In this document: positions 36,727 to 51,500 of the stretch, in pieces
Numbering within the stretch: position 1 is the stretch's first letter
How the letters are laid out: every line of letters begins with the position of its first letter
Assembly: GCA_050230475.1 (NCBI GenBank)
Contig: JBFLGF010000150.1
Span: forward strand, 1 to 64,000
From: Ancylonema sp.
Lineage: Eukaryota
Direction of reading: 5' to 3'
DNA: 64,000 bases
The notes under the pieces: model-generated
Seen by the model: only the letters and a program-made list of their open reading frames with translations
What the model was told of the DNA's origin: nothing
Databases searched by the model: none
Made by a program: the position numbers and the translations under genes

Positions 36727-38484
36727 ATTGCTAAACTGCAATGCACCTCCTCAATCGTATACGCTTGGGTGTGCAAGGAAAGAAATTGCTGATTTGCGTT
36801 GAGTTGCCTTTTATTATATCAGATCGTCCCTGCAGTCGGTAACTGTCGGATAGTTCCCGTCGTTTTTTCTTGAGTAGGGGCTGTGGCAGTCGCTCTTCGC
36901 CGAGCTGCTCCCTGGTTTGTGAAGCTTTCCGAGTTCCAGGGCTCACGTGCCCGCGCCTCTGCGCCTACTGGCTGTCCAGAAGTCGGTGTGCGCTGAATTG
37001 ATGGAAGTCGAATCCACGATTGACGGCAACGGATAGTCCAAGGAGGACAGGCCAGCATTCAATGACCGCGATCTGTCGCCCAAAAAATCTGAAAGGGATC
37101 GTTCACACGTACGGATTCTGGCACATTGGCGACATCTCCTGAACCCCGAATATGACCCGGTGGGGGAGAGAACCGGTTCGGGATTTTTTGGGCACCCCGG
37201 GGTACGGTTTATCGGACGTCACTTCGACTCCTAGGCCATCATTCTTTACGACGCGCACCGATGCCACTGAAGTCCGAAAAAATCGAACCGGACAACAACA
37301 GCTCGACGAAATCCGACGAATTCCGACGAATTCCTCATGTATGGGCGCTTCACTACTGACAGTAATTCCTGCATGCACGTCAGACTTTACCTAACGTGCG
37401 GTGCGCCTAGTAGGACTATATAGTGTCTCGGATACTGAAGCGGCTGCCCAAGCCTAGTAATGGTCTAGCTTGCGAAATTTATTCCCCGCGTCAGCGAGGT
37501 CAGCCCGTCGACCTACTTGATAAGGATAATTACAGCGTATGACGTATCATATGATTGCATGGAATGAGCATGCGTTACAAAGACATCCACTCAAAGACAT
37601 CCGTCTCATCCCGTTGGAGGCAAGCACCTAGCAAAGCCGGACTAGAAGTTCTTCAGCCCTCATTTGACGCTCTTGCAATCTTTCCTCAGTCTTTGAAAAT
37701 TGGCTATTCACAGTGAGCTGGTGTGGGTATTTTCATTGCAGGTGGTAGCCTGTCCTTTTACTGTGTGCGACTGCTCTGAGGCTTGCAATGAATACTGCCG
37801 GTGAGTTGCACAGGACTCGTAACTCGCAGATGTAGGACCTGTGGTTATTATTTGCCCCAATCTGACATCACCAAAAATCTCAATACTTCACATAGTCACT
37901 GTGCTGTATGTGGATGTCACGATTTTCGTGGCCCAATGATTGTGACTCCTCTTTTCACGGGACTTCTATAAAAGACGGTGGAGCTTCCTCAATTCTCTGG
38001 TTCAGCTCACGCACACTCTTTGGTCACTAACTACATTCATGTCTATGTGGCTGCAAATTCATGCCTCTGGTGGACGCTATTGCATTGTGTCATGTCGATG
38101 CAGCGTAAGTGCTTCTGACCTGGGGTGTTGTATGAGAAATCCAACTGGCTAGAAACACACAAAGCCACAATACATCTCTCTCAAGTCCTGTTGTTCTGTT
38201 GGTGGGGTCGACCACTTATCGAAGAATGCAACCTTTCATGAGCGTAGACTTTCTCGGATCTGGTCCGCGCATCCTGTGACCCTTCTGCCAGATAACACAA
38301 CGCTTAAGGTTTTTAGCCCTCCTCTTTGTTTCTACAGGAGTATACTTGATGCCTGTTGTGTAGTTTTCTGGGGTCAGAGTCCGCTTTCCCGTATCCCCAT
38401 GTCATCAGTGGCGTGTCCCCCATGAGCCTAGCCTCAGGCACTGTTCTAAATTGACAAAGCTGGACTTGTGTTTAGCTTGCTCAG

Positions 38485-40075
38485 GCTCGCGGGGTTGGCA
38501 TTTCTTTTTTCCACTGGCATTCTCCTTCAGCTTCTGGTGAGTTCGTGTGGAAGCTCTACCAACCTTCTGTTCCCATGCCAAACGCACTGTAAAGGAAGTC
38601 AGGGCGGTCGACTCTCTCCTGTTTTCACTCCTAGTTCAAAAACAGATTTATAAAGCTTTATTGTATCACTGGTCATCGAAGCTGCCGCATATCGCCACTT
38701 GTCCCACATCTTACATGATGGCTGGTGATGAATGAATGGTGAAGTCATGTGACACGGACTCAACTCTTTCTGCTCTTCTTGCTCTGCTCACTCTGCCTGT
38801 GTCTGAGAATCTGCCGCAACTGAATTTGGAGGTTGAGGCTCATCAGACTACTTCCTTGTTCCTATTGCAGGGATGCGTCCTCTATTCCAACTGGTGGCCC
38901 CTTTTAACATGTGAGTCTCCCAAAAGGTTACTTTAACACAACAAGCAACAATCGCACTCTTACCCACTCCTTCTTTTGCCTCTTCCTCCATGGCTCCATG
39001 GCTCCATGGCTCCATGGCTCTATGGAAGGAACGAGATGCACGAGCTTCAGGACACAGCCACTACACCTTTTATACATCATCGCAAGCCGCAAATCTCAAC
39101 TCTTGCCTTACAAGGCAATGTGTGTGTACACGTGTTCTTGGCAGTCTCATACAAATTGCTATCATGCTCAACCCTCTCTTGTCCGGCGTGCAGCACTCTT
39201 GCTGCTATCATAATCCCATCCCTCTAGCAGTCCACCTCCTGCTCAAGAAGCTGCAGCCGGTAAGAGGTTCACGTTCTCTATCGCCTTTCTCTGTCGCAGG
39301 TTTGATGTACATCCTCGTCCCGATGCCCTGCCTCTTCTTTGGGAGTGGGGGATCCTCGGATTTTATCAGCATGAGCGGCAATGATGAGTACGTACTTTTC
39401 GTCCGCTTTTTATTTTCCCTTAGAGAGAGGTTCGATAATTGTGGCAGAAGATTTTCTTTCTTTGCGTTGTATCCATTCCTAAACACTTTGAAGGGCTTAC
39501 CATTGGAGGCTTACCTTGAATGCTTTTTATAGGTTTCACTAATTCAGAAAGTCTGTCGTTGAATTCGGGTCACTGATTCGGTTGTCGAGGTAAATACAGT
39601 GCAGCAGGACCTTGGCATCACCGACGTCTGTTGGTTTCTGTTGACAGATCCACAGTCCTTTTCTTGCTGCCGCTGTGTAATTTTTTGTTACCTTCGGATC
39701 GACAATACGTCCTGATTGTCTGCCGTAGAGAGCACGGAATTTTGAGTTTACGTCTCATGGAGGGAAGTGATGTCGGACTCGTTCCCCATGACGTTGCCAA
39801 AAAGAAGAATTGGGAGTTTGAGATTGCGACTTCTGGTTTCTGAAGTGGAACTCGTTGAGAGATCTCAGATTCGACTTTTTGACTGCAGCTGGGAAGATGC
39901 CGCGAAGTTTCTCACCGGTTTTTCTGCAGTCGGCAGTCTTGCCATTCCTGCCGTTCTCCACCATGCGGGCATGATCACAGCTGGGGCAATGATTTTTGAG
40001 TTCTCGGCCTTTGCTGTTTTCTGCCTCACAGTGCTTTTGTTTCAAAAAGCGAGTGCCGAGGATGATTGGTCATGA
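38485..40075 (+). CDS. VPS55: Vacuolar protein sorting 55 (OB-RGRP family); extra 5' exons probably at ~37551-37800
   Basis: LAGLAFLFSTGILLQLL|GCVLYSNWWPLLT|..LMYILVPMPCLFFGSG..|WEDAAKFLTGFSAVGSLAIPAVLHHAGMI..DDWS*. Confidence 0.9.
38987..39020. repeat. (CCATGGCT)4 octamer repeat in a VPS55 intron
   Basis: Direct reading. Confidence 0.85.
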
Positions 40076-41679
40076 TCGCTCAACGCAACGGGTTTTGCGA
40101 AACCACATTATTTTAGCTCTGTAAACTATGTGTACATAATTTTGACTTGTTGCACATATAGTCATGCAAGAGAGTCATAATTTTACAAAACATCTATGAC
40201 TAGCATAAACCCAACTCAGTGTGCGGCTTGAGTGCAAAATACTCAAATTCTCAATTCTAATGTGTGTTTTCTTGGCTTAATTTCGGGGAAAGCTATGACC
40301 TGGGAGTGTTAGACCTTGATATGTCGGGAACATTGGTGCTTTGTGGGTCAGTGTACCTCTCATGATTTGACTTGGATAAGACAAAGAGTCCTTATTCAAC
40401 CGTGCATTTGAGTAGGTGCTCGATTGGTGCAATTTGTGCTTCCATGCCCCCATAATATTATGTGACATATTCACACAACACGTCCCCCCACCTTGATCGA
40501 GCATGTCGGTAATGTAGACGTTTGGACTCGATTGGATACCTCAACGTTCTGCCAGGGTATTGATTCTCATTGTTTAGGAGCCTTTATTCCAACTAGCAGG
40601 GGTTGAACCTACATGGAATGATCGCCATGAGTATAGTGGACCCCTAAGATTCATTATCGAGTTGCTTTTATAAAATACACAGGTTGAATATATTTATCAA
40701 GGCACGATTGGTGGAGTTTTCAACCAAGAAAAGCCAATCCAAACGAAATGAGGAATGGACGAGCATCCATAATTCTCCACACACTCCTTGATACGCAGGA
40801 AGATGTTTGCAGACACGCGGGAAAATGTTTACAGATTTGGTCATCAAGGGATCCACACCGATATGCGACCGCCTGGCCAGCAAATATGATGTGTGACTAA
40901 GGGAAATATATATTACATTCTCATATCCACTATATCTACTTCTAGCGAGAGGGAAGCCCCCGCCTCTTTAACATGTGTAGGCACTCGTAGAAATTGGGCT
41001 TGCTGAAATTGTGGCCGCCCGTTAAACCCATCTCCAGTCTTTGCATCCTCATTGTTCACAAAGTTTGAAAAGTTTTGTATGTAAATTTATTGCTCTCGTT
41101 GCCACTACTGAAAACGTCGAGGATTGTGATGGCATTAGCTTCAAGTTTCCTTACTTCATTCACCATCTTGTAAGAGCAATCAAATTATTTCAAAACCGCC
41201 GTGCATCTCAATTCGTGAGACATTAAGGATTGGCGCCCTTTCATTGTGGCATTCGGCACAATTTGAAAGCTTCGAGTAGCGTGAGGCCCTTCATGCTGGT
41301 GTGCTCGATGGGCACATTGAATTGAATTTATTACTTGTTTGCGATAACGTGAAAGATGAATTTGAGGAAATAGGAATTTGTTGTAAATTTGAAGATTCGG
41401 TTTGGCAATCAGGAGCTTTCAATATTTTGAAACATCGCATACCTCTCAATAAGAAGTCTATGGCGATATACCAACATAACTAACATACATGGGTATTGAT
41501 TTACAAGTTGAAAGGACCTAGGCATAATTTAAAAAAGGATAGCTAACATATCAACCTCCATATTTACACACAAGATGAAACTCTAATGTCTAAGACCGCC
41601 TTGTTAAACGCGAAAAAAAAAATGATCTGGACAAAACACAATTTGCAAAAACAGCTTTCACCCCCCCTTGTACAAGTTT

Positions 41680-43864
41680 CTAAGAGAGATGTTTCTTTAG
41701 TATGTCCTTTGCACCAGCGCTTACAACAAAGCCGTGACACGGAATTATTTGATTCCATTGCCATCCGATAACTTTTCTCAATTGCTCTTGGAATCGACTG
41801 AGCCGAAATAACATGAAGTTTTTGTAAAAGGGTAGGTACACACGATCCATCCCTTGCTTCCAAAGCCATGTAGTGATTGGGGTCTCATTCTTTTGGGGGT
41901 AATTCCAAAATAAATCAGTCACAAACAGACTCTGCGAGGGCTTGTGACAGAAGATCACCTGTCACCAAAACCACAATGTTGCTTGTGAGGAGATTCCTGG
42001 AAAATATTATCCGACTTCTCCAACAACAAACCCCTCTCAAGAAACACCAAAGCTTCCCTGCGTTGACTGAGTGATATGGCAACACCAACGGAGATCGAAG
42101 GCCGTTATACACATTTGTTCCGTACGCCACATGGTAACCTAGTCCTCAATGTTCCTTGTACATAATCGTCATCAAAAAAAATCCACGTAGACACCTTGGA
42201 GAAGGGTCAAAAGAGAATGAGCATCGGCACCAACAATGTACTAAACGCCAATACCGGTTGCACAATCGAATAATAAAAAGGGGCATGTCGAACCTCATTG
42301 AAAAATGCTTTTTGTGTGAATGGGTTGTGTTCACAATCGAACCAAGCGACTTCAAACTCCCCATTCCAAGTATCAGGAGCGTCATCGTTTTCTCCCACAA
42401 CGTGGGAATACATGATGTTCGGCTTCGCTTCTCTTAGTCCCGGACATGCTGCATGTGGCACCGGATGACATTATGTCAAAGTGATAAATTTATGGAAACC
42501 ACTGGCTCTAACAATGAAGATTGGTATCTTACCACATGAGAGATAAAATGAATGAACATCCGAGAGTATTGCCACTCAGTTAGCACTAGAAGTCTGGTAT
42601 CCCCCCCCACAATACTTTTTCAACTACTACAATAAAAGGAGCTAGTAGAATAAACGTTATCAAATCGCAGAAACAAGCCTGACAGCTTAGATGCTACTTG
42701 AGGTGGCGAATGTGGCACTGGCACATTTGTTGAGTTGGCGCATTATGAAGTGGTTTTTTTCATGTATGCCCTAAGGAGGCGACAAAGCTTCATGACACTG
42801 TTCTCGTTTTGGCGTGCGTTGACTCCACTCACCGTATGATATGGCGTCCGGGTATGCGTTTATCCATTGCTGAGCATATCTGGCATGTAACACATGTACC
42901 TTTAATATGTATCTTTGAGTAGAAAGCACTCCCACGTCCTGATCTTGCCATTCTGCCATTCTGCCATTCTGCCATTCTGCCATTCTGCCATTCTAGTTCA
43001 GTTCAGTTTCATTACAGCAGGCTCACTCGAGGCACAGATTCCTCTCTTCCGTCCAACTGAATGGGATTGAGTGCCAGACTCGGGAATCGGTCGGGACAGG
43101 GCAAGTGTGTGCGATCCGTACCCACAATGCTCGTAATTGGGGGAAACAATGTGCCGCACCGGTCCAAGCTTGTCAATCTCCACCTTCAGATCGCGATCCA
43201 GCGGCACAGGAGAGTGCACCCAGATGCTGCCGTCCACTAGACGGACGACTGCCATGCGGCCGCCAACATCGATACCAAACCAAAGGAATGCTCTCTCAGC
43301 TGCCCAGACAGTTCCCGGTATCACTTCTCTCAGAGGGCTGCCCGAGGGATTCGACCAGCCCATCAACTTCTGAGCGTCTTTAGGAGGTGCGGCAGCAGCT
43401 CTGGGCTGAGTGGGACAGGCTCTGAGGCTACGAGATGGGTGATACACGTGTAACAGGTGGCTGCTTTGACCGAAGAGCTGGCGACTTCCAGGACGACGCA
43501 GATGGGAATCTCTAAATCGAGCACTTGGCGAAGGAGCCCTGTGAGAGCTCGTCCGACGGGAACATATATGCTGAGGTGGCTGCAGGAAATGACAGGAAAG
43601 ATGACGACGCGTTACACTCACTGTCACCGGGAATTGAGTTTTTTTTGTCAGTCAGTGGAAGGCAGTACAGATAGATAAACTAGTCTCAATAAGTACCTCA
43701 TAAATGACAGAGGGAGCACTCTGCAATTTCAAACGAGCGCCAAGGATACAAATGATATCCACAAATGACTCAATCTCTACGAACCGATTCGCAAGAGCGG
43801 CATGCATCAGTACCTTGCGTGTTGCAGTTAAATCTGAGGCGAAAACGTTAAAAAGCGAAGCCAT
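41680..43864 (-). CDS. DUF4336-like (metallo-beta-lactamase-fold-related) protein with transit-peptide-like N-terminus; start uncertain
   Basis: WAAERAFLWFGIDVGGRMAVVRLVDGSIWVHSPV..LGPVRHIVSPNYEH|..YAQQWINAYPDA..|..FFNEV|IFCHKPSQSLFVTDLFWNYP..GMDRVYLPFY..WNQIIPCHG..LS*. Confidence 0.85.
42946..42994. repeat. (TGCCATTC)6 octamer repeat in a DUF4336 intron
   Basis: Direct reading. Confidence 0.9.
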
Positions 43865-44184
43865 GACTTGTACTTTATATTAAAAGAGAAGGCGAGAGCC
43901 AGCTATAACTACTTTGGAAAGAGAGTTTCAGAAATTGGAAATTGACACGATTTAAATCCTGAATCTTCGAATGCATGTGCACAATCAAGTTCAGCGCTAC
44001 CATTCAGCTGATTGAAGGCAGAGAGATGCAACGTAAGAGAGTTGGATGCGATGTCCACATTCTGTCCTGTCCTGTCATGTGTTTGCATAGCTTTGACATC
44101 ACCAGTCCTTGGATGTACACATTTTTCTTTGAATGCCATGGAATTATGCCGGAGGATGATCTAGTACTACTCTCTTTCTGAGAG

Positions 44185-44400
44185 CCGAGTTGCACGACAC
44201 GGCATGGGAACTTCCGAGACGCCGTCTTGGATACGGTGACACGGCTCTTGACATCGTGTTTTTCCGAGTTTACCCCGATACGCGTCCAGGTGTCCGATAC
44301 GGCCCTTGTCGAGACGGCTCCGGGACCAGGGCCGGTCCTGTTGTCCCGTGGCAAAAAAGAAAACGGCCAGGGAAAAATCGGCAAAATTAAAAAACCGGCA
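44185..44400. mobile_element. Probable MITE/hAT-like fragment rich in GACACGG/GATACGG motifs
   Basis: Repeated gacacgg/gatacgg/gagacgg motifs typical of plant DNA-transposon subtermini. No paired TIR or TSD identified. Confidence 0.3.
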
Positions 44401-47140
44401 AATTTTAGCAAGAAATTAATGTCGTAATAGAGCACTTTGTCCATTGTAACGTTTACGGTATACATAAGGCAAAAAATAATTCGGATTTCATGCAATGGAA
44501 TGACCGACATCACTGGAGACAACCGTATAGCCGCAAGCTTGCCTTGTTTGAAGGGCCATTAGACATTTAGTGAGAGCACCTATGGGTGGTGAGAAACTTT
44601 GTTGGTGCGGATGAAGACATCCAAACTCTCGCATAGTGTCTTGGGTGACTCGTGATACCACGTTCCTCGACGACCTTGTCGTACCTCTCTTCGAAAAAAT
44701 AGGAGGTTTAAGCGGAGGCAACAATAAATTCAAATTCATCAATGATCTTGATGACACCTCAAAACCTTTAACATGTGCGTAAATGAATTTTCTTGTGGCA
44801 CGTTGAGCACATTTACTAGTGAGTGTGCCACCATCGTGGATAGGTCACTCCCAACCACCCACAACTTTCGGCAAACATTATGTATCATTTATATTTTTAT
44901 GCATATCTTTAACAAAAAGTGGTTAGCTATTGGTAGTTAGTAGTTAAGATCCACTTGCTCTAACAAAGCAACTCCGAAGAAGAAAGTGGAACGCGCAGTG
45001 GTGGGGGAGGTAACAAGGCCATGGATTGCTCTAGACGTTGGGTTCTAGCATGTATCGCATGTGCTATCGATCGCTGCTTGATGAAGTACTTTGTCCATTG
45101 TAACGATTACAGTACACACAAGGCAAAAAAGGATTCGAATTTCATGCAATGGAATGATCGACATCACTGCAAACAATGTCGAACACACGCATCCGAGTAT
45201 TTGAAACTTAAATAGATGTGTATTGCAATGTTATGTCGATCGATATCGGGTGCACAAGTCACACTTGTCGTGCCATCAAACATCGTGTAATATTCTCACG
45301 TATAATTCATTCGTTGTAACGAACATTGTTATAATGTGTGCCCCGCACGTACGAATTGCCTCATCCACACCATCTCCACACATGAATGTCAATCATGACC
45401 CAGTCGAGGTTCGCTACACACACGTGCGCGATAGTGTAAACCATTGCAAACACAATATGCAAGTATACTGCATGGCAAATATTATTTTCTAGTCTACCTA
45501 TGGCAAGGCGTTGCCGTCGGCCAGAGCGTACAGTGCCTGACGCTTATAAAGTGTATGACGATGTAATGCTCAATCGATTAATAACTGAAAGCAATTCACA
45601 CTAAAATGCTTATGGGTCCGATTCACATAGGTTGAAAGCTAGCCAAACGCAAAGACAAATCACACAAAAGATGTGGGTAATTTATCAGCGGTTCCCAAGG
45701 TGTGATAAGCCAATTGAGGTTTGATCACAAAGAGTACAGCATGTTTAGTGGTCAGCAATCTAATCATGCTAGTACCTACGAAGCTACCGATCCTTTTGCA
45801 TTTACTTGCGGCGCCGTCTTAGCCGCCTCATGTCATTATTACTATGGCTAATCCACTCATAGACCAATATTCTATTACAGATGTCACCGGATCCTTCGCT
45901 GCAGCAAAGTAGATGTTAACATGTGTACTATAGTAGTGTTGGACGCCTGCGGCTGATGACAAGTATCCACATAAGTCATAAATCCGCCTTTGGCGCCTCG
46001 TTGCGACCCCGCAGATTTACGCCTTTAACGAAGTGTGAATATTGCTAGGCATTGACTGTGGAAATTGTATGTAATCCAACAACCGCCTTGTAACTCAGTT
46101 GTCAATATAGTCCGTCCTTAGTGCCGCTCAAGGTGCCGTAGGTGGCGGAACAATCATATCGTTTGTAGTAACTAAGGCCTTAGATTCCATTTGAGCCGCC
46201 AATGACAAACACGTCCGATGGACACGTGTTACTTGAAGCATTATCGTGAAATACCCACGCGCATACGGAATATGGAATAAGGACGTAAATACCCGCACTT
46301 GCACCATTTCACCGCATAGGCACATTCACCGTATAGCTATATTCACCGTATGGGCATATTATATCACCACATAAGCACACGATCGATTATTGTCCGACAC
46401 ACTAAATGTATAAAGAATTCACAAAGGCACAATTGCCAGCCGAACTAAGATTCAGATTGCACAATAATTCCATAGTGAAAATGATAGCGGTTCTCGAGGT
46501 GTACACGGATCGAATGAGGTATGTGCACAAAGATTACAATTTTGCACTTTGTTGTCTAGCTAGCTGCGATCATTTTGCGGCGCCCCCAACTTGGCGTGCC
46601 GTCAAACATACTTGCTACTCACTTCCTAGCCAAGTATTCTCTAAACGACGTCACCCAAATCACTAAAATGCAATGCACGGCTCACATGTAGTATCTCTTG
46701 CCATCCTGCCGTCTAGTTGCATTGCCGTCTTACGCTTTCTATGGCGCAAAATACACTAATGTACAATGCAGCACCCTGAGACTTGTCATAAATAACTGTC
46801 TACTTATATTGACAACAACATTGCTCCTATTGTGGGGTTGCTGTACTTAATCAATTGTATCATAGACGTATGTGGACCTATAGCTGTTCGGCAATATGAT
46901 GCGGAAAGTGTCCCCTGGGAATGTTGCTGCAAGTGGTAGAACAATCATGGCGTTCTTCAATAATTAAGGCCTTCTATTGCAAAGCGAAACTTGATTGATA
47001 AACGCGTATTCCCATACCACGTGCCAAATTATCGTGACACCGCAAATATCTGCACCCGCACCATTTCACCATATAAGCACATTCACCCGCTCCCCAAATA
47101 AGTCACCATAAAGGCACCCGATCATATATGGTCCGACAGT

Positions 47141-47974
47141 TGCCATCTAGCATCGTGCCACACTCTCACGTACCATTCTATCTTTAGAACGAATAGCATC
47201 GTCAAATGCACTTCACACATGCGAAAACACTTCTTAACTTCTCACATGGTCGTACAACCATGATCTATGATCTGGTCGAGATCTGCACTATCCCTATGCG
47301 AGATAAAAAATGGCTATCGCACATCCTTCACTTGTCTTTGAAACACATAACTATAATTTTCTCCTCCCCCAAATACGAGGTTAGCTCTCGCGACACTGAG
47401 CTTTGCACACGGTGCAATATGTGATGTTTGGATAGTATGAAAGAGCTAAATAGATTAGATTATGAAATTTGTTGAGGGCTCGGTCCTGAAAACCAAGTGT
47501 ATGACCACCATCAGAATTTCACCACCACAAAACATTTATATTCCATGAGATAAGCACTCATGATACAACAAGTTTTGATTCCAAGAAAAACATACCCCCC
47601 CCCCAAATGAGCATATTGGTGGAATACATTTTCGTCTCATAGTTCGCAGGGACTGATGTTGGGGCCATGCAAATTACAAGAGGCTACCCTTCCTTTGTAA
47701 AACCAAAAAAAACGTCTAGACCTGGCAATTGCCTTGCCTTTTTAGGGTAGACGATATTTTTTTTTGGTCTGCTTCATATGCAAGTGAAGTATGCGCAATG
47801 GCCATTTATTATCTCGGATAATTGCGGATCTCGACGAGATCATAGATGATGGTCGTACGACCATGTGGGAAGTGAAGAAGTTGTTTTCGCATGTGTGCAT
47901 TTAACGATGATATTCGTTCTAACGATTGAATGGCACGTGAGAGTGTGGCACGATGCTAGATGGCACGACAGCAA
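47141..47974. mobile_element. Non-autonomous long-TIR (MULE/foldback-like) element, ~830 bp
   Basis: Diverged inverted arms ~47141-47335 and ~47781-47965 beginning TGCCATCTAGCATCGTGCCACACTCTCACGT. TSD not identified. Confidence 0.7.
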
Positions 47975-48575
47975 TAATAGTTACTGCTTGCCTGTGAACA
48001 CATTTTTGTTTTACATCACGAACATGGTGGTTCGTGAACAAACATACGCGGGTGTCGCGGTAGAGGGAGGGCCGCGTAGCAACATTCAGCCACATGGCAA
48101 ACACCTCGTAGATTCGTTGAAGATTCCAGGGTGAAGAGATATGGAATTTGGGTCGGTGACCAAATGTTGCGGCTCAACCGTCCAGGAGGCGGCACGTGCC
48201 ACTCGACACAATCGATCCGATCGCGACAATACGTGTACGGCGTCCGCGTGGCCGAACCCCCGTCTGCCGTACTGGATGGAGGGAAGGGATTTTCGTGAGG
48301 CAGCCAGCGACAAAGCCAAAATGAAAAGTGCAGATGGTGAACAGGTGTTACGCCCACAAATGCGACATTCACACACACATTGCACTGTCCGCACGTACGC
48401 ACACCTTTTGCTGTATCACACCAGTTTCATGAGTGATGCATTCGATAGAAGGAGAGTGTTTAACATGATACATTAATTCTCTCGAGAAGTAAGACGGCAA
48501 TGAATTACAACCACAAGCAACCAGTAGCCTGACTTGAAGTAACCGCTTGCAAGATATTTTGCTCTCTATGCGGAG

Positions 48576-51500
48576 ATGGGAGCACAGGATGAGAACGAGC
48601 TGGAAGTCATGGATTTTGTATCCAGTCGTGGGGGCCAGGAGGAAAAAATATTTGTCACGGTTCGGGTCCGCCCAATGAGCGCGAGGGAGTTGGCACAAGG
48701 CGACACATCCGTGTGGAGATGCCAGGATGAGCATACCTTGCTGTACATGGAGCCTGTAGTTGATCGCTCGCCCTACCCCGCGCACTACCACTTTGGTCAG
48801 TGCTTAGCCAGATGAACACCTACCTGCCTCCAATGTCACACATTGGAAATACTGGCGATCGGTGTATGCTGATTGGTTTGGTTCTGCACGGGCATCACGT
48901 GCATCTCGGGGAGAAGTACAGCTGTGAAGACAGGATGTATGATTAGAGTCTTACGGCCATACAAGGTGACATTTTTATGTAGTGCTGGCGAGCCTTGCAG
49001 AATCACTGAGAACTGAGTAAGGTTTCTCTGCAATGGGCGATGGGCTCAGTATGCAGCCTGCTGCTATGGACGGTCAGGTCGCTGCCGCATTCATAGCAAG
49101 ACATGGTTGGATCGTCTCCTTCATCATTCATAGGGAGATGTGGTTGGATCGGATCACTATTCTTTATCAGCAGCCCCTCCTTCGTCTGCACCCTTCCTAA
49201 ATTCTTTTTTCCATGGTGTCGCCTTGCTCACCGGCAGATCGTGTGTTCGGACCCAACGCTCACTCCCGGCAAGTGTATGAAGAGGGAGCTCGGGACGTGG
49301 TGCTGTCGGCTCTGACCGGGCTGAATGGTAATTCCTCGGGGACAGTGCTGGTGGAGTCATGTAGGGCAGAGGAGTTCTGAGGGGTGCCATTTCTGGGGCA
49401 CGAGCACCCCTCCCATCATCTCACCAGCTCGGGCAGTGTGTAAACGATGTGAATTACGAGATGAGCTGTCACGGAAGAGGATTCGGGATAGGTGTGGATG
49501 CGTTGCCAGCTGGCATGGCACACGCAGCTTTTGATCAAGCCATTTAGTGGTAAGGGGTGTAGAATCAGTGAACTGAGCGAGTCATCAAGCAGCTGGAAAG
49601 CGGCAGTGGTGATGATGAGGGATGGAGTGTGCCCCCAGGCACCTTCACAGCTGGGCAGGAGGGGCTGTAGTGGAGGGGAGGAACACGTTCTGACGCGTGT
49701 TTGGGTCTGCGCTTTGCCAGCCTCCATCTTTGCCTACGGCATGACCAGCAGCGGCAAAACCTTTACCATGAAGGGGGTCACTGAGCTGGCAGTGGGAGAC
49801 ATTTTCGGCAGAATCCACAAGGTGGGAACTGCGCCATGTATGTGCTTATACAGAGGGAGTGACATGTCCGATTCAGCCCGTTGCCTTCGCCCTGCTAATT
49901 CGAGACAACCATGTGTGATGTTTGTAACGATTCTGCTGTTGTGGCATGCCAATATAGGCACTCGATCTCTGTGCTTATAACGAGTTGAATTCGAGTCAGC
50001 CTCAGTGCCAGACTCACAGCAGCACTGCATTGGGAGGATCTCCAGTCGGTTTTCACACGTCTGTGGTAAGGTTTTGAGGAACGATGCTCTTTGGTTCCTG
50101 CAGACCCCCGACCGCGAGTACATCATCCACGCGTCTGCCATGGAGATCTACAACGAAGTCGTACGCGAGCTTCTGAACCCCGACAGCGGGGCGCTGAGGT
50201 TGCTGGACGATCATGACGTAAGCATAATGATGACCACATGCTGCGGGAATAGCCTTTGAATTGACGAATGGTCACAGCCGAGTTGGGGGAGGAAGCAGGG
50301 TCGAGCTTGTTGGCCAAGCTTGGTGACAGCACAGCAGCACTGACGGTGACCACGTGTGCGATGATGTGTCATTCTGGTGTTGCTGACTGTGTGTAGTCAC
50401 CCCTGGGGCTCAGCGAGGAACGGTGGTGGAGAAACTGAGCGAAGTGGTGGTCACCTCCAGCCTGCACCTCCGCCAGATCCTGGCGGAATGCGAGTGTCAG
50501 TCCTCGGCCTTCCTTCAGTGTGAAACTGTGAAAGTGTGAAAGTGTGAGCATGACACGCAGAGTCCGAGTCTTTCAACGTCAATCGTGCGATTCACGGTTT
50601 GGGCGGAAAGCTAATGGGGGGATATGAGAAAGCTCCCAGGATCTCTGTTGTTGTCACCTGACTGGAATCTTTTTGTGCCATTACAGCTCAGCGCCAGGTG
50701 GGAGAAACAATGCTCAACGACGCCAGCTCAAGATCTCACCAGATCGTGCGACTGGTATGGTCCCAAAACCTGAACCCAATTTGGGAACAAAGCCTCCCTT
50801 TCTCCCAATGATGTTTCTGCAGCGCAAGACTGCGATTGCATGAAGAAGAGAGAAAGAGAGACCAACTTTTTCCATACCACTTTGTGCCAATGTCCCCTCA
50901 TCCTCATCTCTGTTGTGTCCACCTGGCTGTTGTTTCCTCCAGACCGTGGAGAGCTGCCCACGGTCTGCAGGCGGTCTCAATGTGTCGTTGGACGGCCTTG
51001 CGGGACAAGTGCTGATGGCCACCTTGGTAAGCAGGAGGAAAGTTCCAGGAAACAGGGAGAGGCGGGGACGGGGGAAATGAGGAAGAGCTGGATGCCTTGC
51101 TGTCACCTCCTCAGAGCCTCATCAGGACGTGTGGACCGCCGAGATTGACTCTACATTCGTGTGACCTGTGGGCAGAACTTTGTGGATCTTGCGGGGAGTG
51201 AGCGTGCGTCTCAGACGCAGTCGGAGGGGGCGCGGCTGAAGGAGGGGGGACACATTAACCGGAGTTTGCTCACGCTGGGCACGGTTATCAGAAAACTGAG
51301 GTACTGCTCGTTGCAATGCAAGGAAGAGATCGATGGCTGCCAGGAACCGCAGAAAAGGGACCGCAACCCCTCCTCCTCTCTGCTCCTTCCAGCGGCGGCA
51401 AGCAGACAAAGTCGGGCCACATCCCGTACCGGGACTCGAAGCTCACCCGCATCCTGCAGCACTCCCTGGGCGGCAACGCCCGCACCGCCATCATCTGCAC

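Noticed and set aside
40280..41560. Possible transposase or retroelement remnant between VPS55 and DUF4336 (similarly 54200-57200)
   Set aside because: No diagnostic motif, TIR or LTR pair could be identified by eye; a BLASTX against a TE library would be needed.
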